From positions 1-39,410 of the forward strand of contig CAZIPD010000004.1 of assembly GCA_964541175.1 (NCBI GenBank): 39,410 nucleotides of DNA, given 5' to 3'. The position numbers and the translations under genes were made by a program. This stretch comes from an uncultured Pseudomonadales bacterium. Lineage in GTDB: Bacteria > Patescibacteriota > Microgenomatia > UBA1400 > MFAQ01. Numbering within the stretch: the first letter of the stretch is position 1; every line of letters starts with the position of its first letter. Positions 15,797 through 23,053 of this stretch are shown here, in pieces. The notes below the pieces were generated by a model that was not told the DNA's origin, searched no databases, and saw nothing but the letters and a program-made list of their open reading frames with translations.

Positions 15797-17404
15797 TTAG
15801 ACCTCGACGGTATGTTTATCCGTAGACCTTAGGGAAATTAGAAATATCGGAATGATGGTGACAACTCCTCCCAGAAAGAGGAGGCTGAGGGAGTCAGGAA
15901 CAGTAATCGTACCCAGAGTAGACAGATTGATGAGGAAACTTAAGGATATGCCAGCGATGACTACTACGGTGAGGGCAGAGAGACCGGCAAGTCCGGTAGA
16001 GACTTTCTCCGGGTCATCTCCGGTCGAGTAGTCTGGTCTGATCATGCCGATGAGTGAAAGGGCGATTGATAGCCAAATGATGACGAATATCCCGGAGACT
16101 AGCAGATGAGGGCTGCGAGAACCGGTCGGGCTGATAATCCATTCGAGAATGGCCACCAAGATGAGAGGGGAGGAAATCAATAGTCCGGTAACCGCTTTGG
16201 AGGTGACTAAATGGATCGGTTTTTGTGGAAGTGTGAATAGCCACCAGCGGGTACGGCCTTCTCTAGCCATAAGAGGAAATACCAGACGGATGATGTAAGT
16301 CCCCGAGTAAAAGATCAACCAAAACCAGGAAAAGACCACTGCCGAACTGACAAAGCGGGTGGGGATCCTATTTACCTCTATTCCCCTGGCAAAAAGACCG
16401 AGAAATGCAAGAAGCATAAGAAAAAGGAAGATGCCATAGCTGAATTCTTTGGGAACTCGAGCAATCGACAAAAGATCTTTTTTGACCAGTCCAAGATTTT
16501 GTATATTGTTGGGAGCTGTAAGAGCCCTTGGAAGATGTAGATCAAGTCTAACTTGTTGCCAATTGGACAAGAAAAGAGTTTTCTGTATGAGGAGAGAGAT
16601 CACCAGTAACGCAGAGGTAATCAGGGACATCAGCAGAAATGACTGTCTGACCCCCACCTCAAGCATACCTGCCAGAGAGTTGGCAATGAAGCAATACTTG
16701 ATCAAAGGCAGAGAGTAAAAGACGCCGGTGAAGTTTTCTATTGGGATTTCTTCAAGGAGGGATAAGCTTTGAGGAAAGATCATATTGAATACAAATGCCG
16801 TACCCAGAACTGCCACCAAGGAGGTAAGAATAATGTAAATGATCCCATCCTTCCTTTTTAAACGGTTGGCGATAAGGTAGGCGAATGAAGATCCGAGCGA
16901 CTCGACCAGAAGGGAGAGGATCAGAAGGACGGAGACCGATCTTAGCGCAATGTCGACAACGCCAATATTCTTTCCGGAATAATATGCCAATGTGATAGGA
17001 AGAATGGTGATCAGAAAAAGCGAAAAGTTGAGAAGAAATGTTTTTATTGTTTGCCAACCAATGATATTTAGTGGATCATAGGGAAGCGTTACCAAAAAAT
17101 CCGTTGATTTGTTTGGGGAAAGTAGGAAGCTTAAGGTGCTGATGAAGGAGCTTAGAATGCCTATCCAAGCAAGAATGAGAATAACTGCCCTGAGAATGTA
17201 GCCTGCGGTCAGCTCACCGTAAAGTTCAAATTCAAGAAGGTATTTGAAGTAGAAGGTGGAAAAGTAATATATGAGCAATCCGACTCCTACTATCACCCCC
17301 GTAAAGGTCAGGGCGATGAGAGTCTTCCAGATAGTCTCTTTTTCAAACCAACGTTTGGATGATGATATGTCGATCTTAATAAGGTCGATCATCGGGCTAC
17401 TCAT
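15797..17404 (-). CDS. Large polytopic ABC exporter permease ('putative ABC exporter' type)
   Basis: About 12-14 TM helices and no soluble domains. The ATG at 17404 overlaps the ATPase stop codon by 8 nt. The longest ORF starts at 17440. Confidence 0.65.
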   Translation of the reverse strand: MSSPMIDLIKIDISSSKRWFEKETIWKTLIALTFTGVIVGVGLLIYYFSTFYFKYLLEFELYGELTAGYILRAVILILAWIGILSSFISTLSFLLSPNKSTDFLVTLPYDPLNIIGWQTIKTFLLNFSLFLITILPITLAYYSGKNIGVVDIALRSVSVLLILSLLVESLGSSFAYLIANRLKRKDGIIYIILTSLVAVLGTAFVFNMIFPQSLSLLEEIPIENFTGVFYSLPLIKYCFIANSLAGMLEVGVRQSFLLMSLITSALLVISLLIQKTLFLSNWQQVRLDLHLPRALTAPNNIQNLGLVKKDLLSIARVPKEFSYGIFLFLMLLAFLGLFARGIEVNRIPTRFVSSAVVFSWFWLIFYSGTYIIRLVFPLMAREGRTRWWLFTLPQKPIHLVTSKAVTGLLISSPLILVAILEWIISPTGSRSPHLLVSGIFVIIWLSIALSLIGMIRPDYSTGDDPEKVSTGLAGLSALTVVVIAGISLSFLINLSTLGTITVPDSLSLLFLGGVVTIIPIFLISLRSTDKHTVEV

Positions 17405-18119
17405 ATGAATCGTGAACCTCCTTTTCGTAGGTTTTTTCAAGATCGATTTTTTGTGGATCTTTGATCTCCTTCACCATTTTTCCAAGATACATAATGCCCA
17501 CGGTGTCGGCATATTTATGAGCAAAGTTAAGAGTGTGAGTAGAGAGGAAAACAGAGCCACCGGATGCGGTAAATTGTTTTAATTTTTTACCAAATATCTT
17601 GATGCTTAACGGGTCAAGCCCGACCACCGGCTCATCGATGAGTAATAGTTTGGGCTCTCCGAGCAGAGAGGCCAAGAAAGCGATCTTCTGAAGACTTCCT
17701 CGGGAGTATCCCGACATGGGGGTAGGAAGGACGTCCTCGATGGGAAAAAGTTTTTCGAGGTCGGCAACTTGTTTTTTGATATCCGATTGAGATAGATGTT
17801 TTAACCTCCCGGTAAGATAGAGGAATTCGATCCCGGTAAGAAATGGGTAGTTGGCAGGGTTGTCGGGGACATAGCCCAGAAGTGCCTTGGCGACGATCGG
17901 TTTTTGGTCAATATCAACTCCAGCGATCTTTACTTTCCCGGAGTCCGCTTTGAGCAACCCAACGATGGTGTTTATGAGAGTGGTCTTGCCTGAACCGTTG
18001 GGACCGATTAGGGCGAATATCTCTCCCTTCTTTACTTTAAGGGTAACCGCATCCAGAGCCTTGAGAGAGCCAAAGGTTTTGGTGACATTTTCTATATCCA
18101 AAAGATATGGTTGATCCAT
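17397..18119 (-). CDS. ABC transporter ATP-binding protein
   Basis: Walker A GPNGSGKTT, a degenerate signature YSRGSLQK, Walker B LLLIDEP, and an H-loop STHTL. Confidence 0.9.
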   Translation of the reverse strand: MDQPYLLDIENVTKTFGSLKALDAVTLKVKKGEIFALIGPNGSGKTTLINTIVGLLKADSGKVKIAGVDIDQKPIVAKALLGYVPDNPANYPFLTGIEFLYLTGRLKHLSQSDIKKQVADLEKLFPIEDVLPTPMSGYSRGSLQKIAFLASLLGEPKLLLIDEPVVGLDPLSIKIFGKKLKQFTASGGSVFLSTHTLNFAHKYADTVGIMYLGKMVKEIKDPQKIDLEKTYEKEVHDSYE

Positions 18120-18171
18120 ACTTTCACTGTATAGTCTTTTGGCCTACTTGGCAAGATTTATCACAATTAAA

Positions 18172-18894
18172 TTACCCGGCAACAACGGCCTTGATGGTGA
18201 GCTTGCCGTCTTTGTATTCAAAGACAAAGCTAACATCTTGAGTGGTGTTGTTGGTGATGTAGAGGTTAGACCTGTTACTGTGAGCCTTGTCATTAGGGTC
18301 ATAGTAGATAGACACACCTTGAGATTTAGGCACTTCAGGAATGGCAGCAAAGTCATGGTTTGTGGGAGCCTTGACGTCAAGGTTGGCGTCTTTGGCAACC
18401 CAGGAAAGGAGTGAGGCAAGTTGACAGACACCATCTCCGTAGAGATAGCCATCGGTCTTGTAGCCGTCACTTTTGTTGAATCTGGAATTTGTGGTCACGA
18501 CAACCTTATCCTTGAACTCAGAATAAACTTGATCATGGTAGGCAAAGGCTTCCCCGGGTTTAAGGGTAAAGCTTGAAAGGAAAGGTTTCTGGATCTCATC
18601 CCACTTGATATCCGAGGCAGAACTTACTCTACCATCAAGATAGGCAATGTTGAGAAGAATATTGTCTTTGAAGATCTTGCTTACGGATTCAACCGGGTAA
18701 CGGTAATCCATAGAAAATTCTCTTTGGGCAAGAATGGTCTCCTGAGGTTTGGACTCAAATACCATAGGAATTAAGGCCAGGGGTGAGTATTGGGCTACAG
18801 GAAGCTCAGGCACATCAACAGTAATGCCTAAGGCGAAAAGTCCCATGAATGAGGCTAAAATTAGTCTTTGTATCATAGTGGGGAATGTTACCAC
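18172..18894 (-). CDS. VanW-domain protein with N-terminal signal/anchor
   Basis: LKPGEAFAY...YGDGVCQLASLL...NHD...QGVSIYY...NLYITNNTTQDVSF follows the VanW pattern (PGE-FS, GGGVCQ, H, G-DA-V, DL-F-N). The N-terminus MIQRLILASFMGLFALG is hydrophobic. Confidence 0.7.
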   Translation of the reverse strand: MVTFPTMIQRLILASFMGLFALGITVDVPELPVAQYSPLALIPMVFESKPQETILAQREFSMDYRYPVESVSKIFKDNILLNIAYLDGRVSSASDIKWDEIQKPFLSSFTLKPGEAFAYHDQVYSEFKDKVVVTTNSRFNKSDGYKTDGYLYGDGVCQLASLLSWVAKDANLDVKAPTNHDFAAIPEVPKSQGVSIYYDPNDKAHSNRSNLYITNNTTQDVSFVFEYKDGKLTIKAVVAG

Positions 18895-18906
18895 ATTATA
18901 GGCTTC

Positions 18907-18935
18907 TTGTCAAACCAGAACCAGGCACGTATAAT
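18907..18935 (+). promoter_or_regulatory. Near-consensus sigma70 promoter TTGTCA-17 nt-TATAAT driving a leaderless deacetylase mRNA
   Basis: -35 at 18907-18912, a 17-nt spacer, and -10 at 18930-18935. The ATG at 18945 is 9 nt after the -10 box. There is no SD. Confidence 0.6.
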
Positions 18936-18944
18936 GTGTATATT

Positions 18945-19721
18945 ATGTCAGAACAAGAACAAGGCAAGCCAGGCATCTCTAGACGTGATTTTCTCAAGCT
19001 CGGATTCTTCTCGGGTGTGGGGCTGATAACCCCAGAATCCATGAGGAGCCTGGTCCCATATATTAGCCACGGGGACAGAGACTCGAACAAGGTGGCTATC
19101 ACGATCGATGACGGCTGGTATGCCGAGAAGGTGACTGGTGCACTTGAGGCACTCGAGGGAACACCGGCTTCATTGTTCATAGTTGGCTCATGTCTTTCCA
19201 GGGATCGTGAGATGTACGCTCAGGCTATAGATAATGGTTTTGAGATCTACAACCACACCTGGGACCATAGCTACCTTAGTGACAAGAATGTTGATATCAA
19301 AAAGCAGGTTTTACTGTGGGAGAGTGCCTATGCCGAGCTTAATCGAGGTGAGTTTAAAAACAAGCTTCTTAGGGCACCTGCCAACGAGGGGGTAAACGAC
19401 TCTGCGCTTTATACCCAGCTTGGAAACTTGGACTACAGAGCGATCATGGGTTGGACTTATGCCAGCCCAGGCGTGTTCTCAGGTTACTCGACAGAGGACG
19501 TAGTTGATTATATTGTTCCAAAGATGACCGGGGGAGACATAATCTTAATGCACTTTACCGATGCCGATATTGGAGCTTTGCCAGCCATCAAACAGGCTGC
19601 GAAGGAAAAGGGTCTTGAGCTTGTGGGACTTACCGGCCTGCCAGGCATGCCTATCTATAGCAAACCCAAGGAACAGAATACGACCGTGCGTCAACCCAGA
19701 AGAAGACATATCCCAAGATAA
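18945..19721 (+). CDS. Tat-exported polysaccharide deacetylase (CE4 / NodB homology domain)
   Basis: Twin-arginine signal MSEQEQGKPGISRRDFLKLGFFSGVG. NodB motif 1 is VAITIDDGW and motif 2 is IYNHTWDH. The upstream ATG at 18885 would lie inside the promoter and overlap the VanW gene. Confidence 0.85.
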   Translation: MSEQEQGKPGISRRDFLKLGFFSGVGLITPESMRSLVPYISHGDRDSNKVAITIDDGWYAEKVTGALEALEGTPASLFIVGSCLSRDREMYAQAIDNGFEIYNHTWDHSYLSDKNVDIKKQVLLWESAYAELNRGEFKNKLLRAPANEGVNDSALYTQLGNLDYRAIMGWTYASPGVFSGYSTEDVVDYIVPKMTGGDIILMHFTDADIGALPAIKQAAKEKGLELVGLTGLPGMPIYSKPKEQNTTVRQPRRRHIPR

Positions 19722-19758
19722 GTAATACAATGAATTTATTACCAATAATCAGCTATAT

Positions 19759-20181
19759 ATGGCAGGATTTCATACAGATATTGAGAAGGACACTTTAGAA
19801 AATAATTATTTTCGGAAGGTGTTGTTCACGGGAACTCACGCACAGTTGGTGCTGATGAGCCTTCTTCCAAAAGAGGAAATAGGCATGGAGGTCCACCACG
19901 ATGTTGATCAGTTTTTCCGTTTTGAGAGTGGGGTAGGGAAGGCAATTTTGGATGGTGAGGAAACTCAGTTTCAGGCTAATGACGTATTGATCGTGCCTGC
20001 CGGAACTAACCACAACCTAATTAATACATCCGAAAACGAACCCCTCAAACTTTATACCCTCTATTCCCCACCCAACCATCCGGTAGGTACAATCCACGCA
20101 ACAAAGGCTGACGCCGAAGCTGCCGAGGAGGCAAGTCATGCCAGGACGCCGAAGGAAAGTGAACAGGCACAAAACCAATGA
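19759..20181 (+). CDS. Cupin-domain protein
   Basis: Cupin motifs MEVHHDVDQFFRFESG and VPAGTNHNLINTS. The C-terminal tail is acidic/polar. Confidence 0.75.
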   Translation: MAGFHTDIEKDTLENNYFRKVLFTGTHAQLVLMSLLPKEEIGMEVHHDVDQFFRFESGVGKAILDGEETQFQANDVLIVPAGTNHNLINTSENEPLKLYTLYSPPNHPVGTIHATKADAEAAEEASHARTPKESEQAQNQ

Positions 20182-20657
20182 AGCCAAAGGTTAATTGGAC
20201 TAAGCTTATTGTCTCGGTAGCGACTGCTTTGCTGGCAGGGTCCAGTGGGGCTATTTTTACCGCTCCGGCCGTTAATTCGTGGTATCAGGGAGTGAATAAG
20301 CCCTGGTTCACTCCCCCAGCCTGGTTATTCGGACCGGCATGGACCACCCTTTTTATCCTAATGGGGCTGGCTTTCTACCTGGTGTGGATCAAGGGGTTGA
20401 ACACAAAAAATGGTGCAGCAGCTTTGAGGATCTACATCGGGCAATTTATTTTTAATATTGCTTGGTCAGCCGTGTTTTTCGGTATGGGTGCTTTTTGGTT
20501 GGCATTTGCCGAGATACTGGTTCTGTGGTGGCTGATCTATCAGACCATTTTGGCTTTCTCGAAGGTGGACAGGCTGGCCGGTCAGCTACTTTGGCCGTAT
20601 ATTGCTTGGGTGTCCTTTGCTTCGGTCCTCAACTTCTCGGTCGCCTGGCTTAACTGA
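20178..20657 (+). CDS. tspO: TspO/MBR family tryptophan-rich sensory protein
   Basis: Five TM helices. WYQGVNKPWFTPPAWLFGPAWTTLFILMGLAFYLVW is the classic TspO N-terminal signature. An ATGA overlap links it to the cupin gene. Confidence 0.85.
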   Translation: MKPKVNWTKLIVSVATALLAGSSGAIFTAPAVNSWYQGVNKPWFTPPAWLFGPAWTTLFILMGLAFYLVWIKGLNTKNGAAALRIYIGQFIFNIAWSAVFFGMGAFWLAFAEILVLWWLIYQTILAFSKVDRLAGQLLWPYIAWVSFASVLNFSVAWLN

Positions 20658-21894
20658 TCAGGCTTTTAACCTGCCCAAAGCTGATACGGTCGTGTACATG
20701 GTCTTGCGTATTGGCCATGATCGCCGGGGTGATGACGAAATTTCCCCAACGTTCGTTGATGACGTCTATAGCTTGGGTAAGCTTGTCTTTTTTGAGGGTG
20801 TCGTAGAACAGCTCAAGCTGGATCGTAGAGCGTGGTGAAAGGTTAAAGCAGGAGATGGCCAGATTACGTGCTCCCAAGCGGTAGGGTGAGCGTCTGAGGA
20901 GCCTGTAGGCAACCTTGTAGATGTCTTGGCTGGAAAACACAGGCTGGGAAAGTGAAACTCCCTGATGAAAATACTCATAATTCTCGTAAAGGACTGCTAA
21001 GTGAACACCTTTAGCCTGAAAATCAGACCGGCGCATTCTGAAGCCGGTCTTCTCAACGAGCTTGGATAGGATCGGTGCCAGCTCTTCCGGCTTTTTGAGG
21101 AATTTGGGTAGGGAGTATGAGTGGCCAAAGCTCTTGGTCCCCCAATCAACGTCATCAATCTCCCAGCCTCTAAGACGCAGGAACCAGTAGTAGCCCAGGA
21201 TCGACTTAAAAGCAGAGCGAAGAAGAGGGATGTCGGCACGAAAGAAGTCCTGAACGGTAAAGATCCCCGAACCATTTAGCCTCAGCGCATTCTGTTTATC
21301 AATGCCGTTGAGGTCGGTAAGGGTGAGTTTTTCGTATACTAGCCAAAAATTGTCATTGTTGATCTCATCGAGACCGTCGGGTTTGTGAAGGTTGGAGGCG
21401 GTTTTGGCCAGGAAGCGGTTCGGCCCCAGGCCGATGGAAACAGTGAGGTTATCCCCCACCCTCTCTTTGATCCTATTTTTGATCTCTTGAGAGACGACAA
21501 CCAACCCCCTGGAAAAGGCAGGAGTGCCGGAAAAATCCAAGACAAACTCATCGATGGACTTGGGTATTACTTTCGGGGAGTAGTCGGAGAGGAGATCCCT
21601 GAGCTTGATATGAACGTTCCGGTATTTTTCGGCGTCCGGTTTGAGGACGATCAGGTCTGGGTAGATGAGGCGACCTTCTTTGACTCTCATGCCCACTTTG
21701 ATCCCCAACCGCTTAGCTTCGATGGAAGGGGCGAGAATACAGCCGTTGGGAGTATCGTAGGCGGCTACAGCAATGGGCTTACCCCTTAGGAGTGGATTGG
21801 CCTGTTGTTCGACACTGGCAAAACAAGAGTTAAGGTCAATGTGCATGACCGTACTGGGTTTCCGGTTGAAATCGAGCCTAATCTGGTAGTCCAT
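20650..21894 (-). CDS. dinB: Y-family DNA polymerase (DinB / Pol IV-like)
   Basis: MHIDLNSCFASVEQ (catalytic D, F, E), KPIAVA, and SIDEFVLD (catalytic D-E). An alternative start at 21846 (MHIDL) is possible. Confidence 0.85.
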   Translation of the reverse strand: MDYQIRLDFNRKPSTVMHIDLNSCFASVEQQANPLLRGKPIAVAAYDTPNGCILAPSIEAKRLGIKVGMRVKEGRLIYPDLIVLKPDAEKYRNVHIKLRDLLSDYSPKVIPKSIDEFVLDFSGTPAFSRGLVVVSQEIKNRIKERVGDNLTVSIGLGPNRFLAKTASNLHKPDGLDEINNDNFWLVYEKLTLTDLNGIDKQNALRLNGSGIFTVQDFFRADIPLLRSAFKSILGYYWFLRLRGWEIDDVDWGTKSFGHSYSLPKFLKKPEELAPILSKLVEKTGFRMRRSDFQAKGVHLAVLYENYEYFHQGVSLSQPVFSSQDIYKVAYRLLRRSPYRLGARNLAISCFNLSPRSTIQLELFYDTLKKDKLTQAIDVINERWGNFVITPAIMANTQDHVHDRISFGQVKSLIS

Positions 21895-22138
21895 CGGAAA
21901 TTTCTTCTAAGGTCCAAAAAAGAGTGTTGGTGTCCAGCCTCAGGCGGAAGGATAGCTCTTGGGCAGTAACAGAAAAGATATGGTGAAGATCCCTGCCTTC
22001 TCTGAGTGTGTGGTGAAGACCAAGCTTGAGTATGGGAAAGACGCGGCCATCCCAAAGGATCTTCCTGGGAAGAGAGGTGTGTTTTCGGTGATCGTAAACA
22101 AGTTCCACCGAGACGGGAGCCGAGATCTTTTGAATCAT
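21878..22138 (-). CDS. Small (86 aa) conserved-looking protein coupled to dinB
   Basis: Overlaps the long dinB start by 17 nt. The pattern PRKILWDGRVFPI...HHIFSVT...FRLRLD...LFWTLEEISD recalls small proteins that I remember, from memory only, as DUF6504-like neighbours of Y-family/ImuB polymerases. Confidence 0.5.
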   Translation of the reverse strand: MIQKISAPVSVELVYDHRKHTSLPRKILWDGRVFPILKLGLHHTLREGRDLHHIFSVTAQELSFRLRLDTNTLFWTLEEISDGLPD

Positions 22139-22190
22139 ATCTTTATTTAATACCGAACAATACCCGAAATCAAGTCCTAAGTTAAGGCAT

Positions 22191-22219
22191 AAAAAAATCC
22201 CCCACCGAAGTGAGGGATT
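22191..22219 (-). terminator. Strong intrinsic terminator ending the dcw-associated transcription unit
   Basis: AAUCCCUCAC-UUCG-GUGGGGGAUU: a 9-bp stem with one G-U pair and a UUCG tetraloop, followed by U7. Confidence 0.8.
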
Positions 22220-22231
22220 AAACAGGAATGA

Positions 22232-22504
22232 CTAGCTAAATTCTAGCCAGTGACCATCGCCCTGGTTGGAGACAAAATTGACCACCCAACCGACGGCTTC
22301 GTAACGGATGATGATCTCATCCACTATATCCAAGTAGTACAGGTGGAACTGGTCGAGGGCGATCGCGCTCATCATGATACTGACCGTGCCGCGGTGCCTC
22401 GAGACTCTCTTTAGAAACTCATCAATCTGAGGCTCGGCCATGTCGACGAATTCAACAACCGATATGGATGACGTTCTTAAGGCATCGTTTTTTGAGATAG
22501 GCAT
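22232..22504 (-). CDS. Small acidic soluble protein, unknown function (90 aa)
   Basis: The start at 22504 is preceded by TAAGGAGGAAAAA-ATG, a consensus SD. It lies 10 nt downstream of the Flp-like ORF. The longer ORF-track start at 22543 would overlap the upstream gene. Confidence 0.55.
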   Translation of the reverse strand: MPISKNDALRTSSISVVEFVDMAEPQIDEFLKRVSRHRGTVSIMMSAIALDQFHLYYLDIVDEIIIRYEAVGWVVNFVSNQGDGHWLEFS

Positions 22505-22514
22505 TTTTTCCTCC

Positions 22515-22946
22515 TTATTTCTCGTACCACATGACGATTTCAACCTCTGCCCCTTCGGGGGCGCAGATGTTGATATAGCCGCCCGGCTGGACCGGCATTT
22601 GGATAACGATCAGGTTTGAGGCCGGGAATTCAGTGGCGGCACGAAGGGTTTTTGCTTCCTGGGGGAGCAGGAAACTTTCACATCCGCTGATCTCAAACAC
22701 GCGTGGATACCCCCTGAAACTACCATCGGGGATTCCATCATACTGGGTTTCAACCGGATGACCGGTTTCACCAAGCTCAATGATGGAGGCGGTGATCTCT
22801 CTTTGGCCGGCCTCGAAAGCATTGTCGAAAGCAACCGACGGCGCTTTCAGGTTTACGAGGTAAAGTAATAGACCCACCAAAACAAATATGAGCAGGATGA
22901 TCGTATATTCGACCAGTCCCTGACCCTTTTCCGTTCGGATTTTCAT
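22515..22946 (-). CDS. Flp/TadE-like (class III signal peptide) pilin-like protein with a globular C-terminal domain of about 110 aa
   Basis: MKIRTEKGQGLVEYTIILLIFVLVGLLL fits the G/XXXXEY Flp/TadE prepilin motif followed by a hydrophobic helix. The SD is AAAGGAG, 5 nt before the ATG. Confidence 0.55.
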   Translation of the reverse strand: MKIRTEKGQGLVEYTIILLIFVLVGLLLYLVNLKAPSVAFDNAFEAGQREITASIIELGETGHPVETQYDGIPDGSFRGYPRVFEISGCESFLLPQEAKTLRAATEFPASNLIVIQMPVQPGGYINICAPEGAEVEIVMWYEK

Positions 22947-22979
22947 TTAGACTCCTTTTAATGTCCTAGAATAGACTGT

Positions 22980-22987
22980 ATTATACA
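22980..22987 (-). promoter_or_regulatory. Candidate internal extended -10 promoter (TGTATAAT) ahead of the Flp-like gene
   Basis: The minus strand reads GGGTGTATAATACAG, 33 nt upstream of the ATG at 22946. No properly spaced -35 box is present. Confidence 0.3.
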
Positions 22988-23053
22988 CCCAACTGTCAAC
23001 TATAGGGTATCTGTTTTGAAGCTGGTTTGGCTTTCGGAAAAGTATTTAGGAGG

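Noticed and set aside
22947-23053. A possible terminator between ftsZ and the Flp-like gene (CUUU-UCCG-AAAG).
   Set aside because: The stem is only 4 bp of mostly A-U pairs and has no U-tract. It was treated as read-through, with a possible internal promoter instead.
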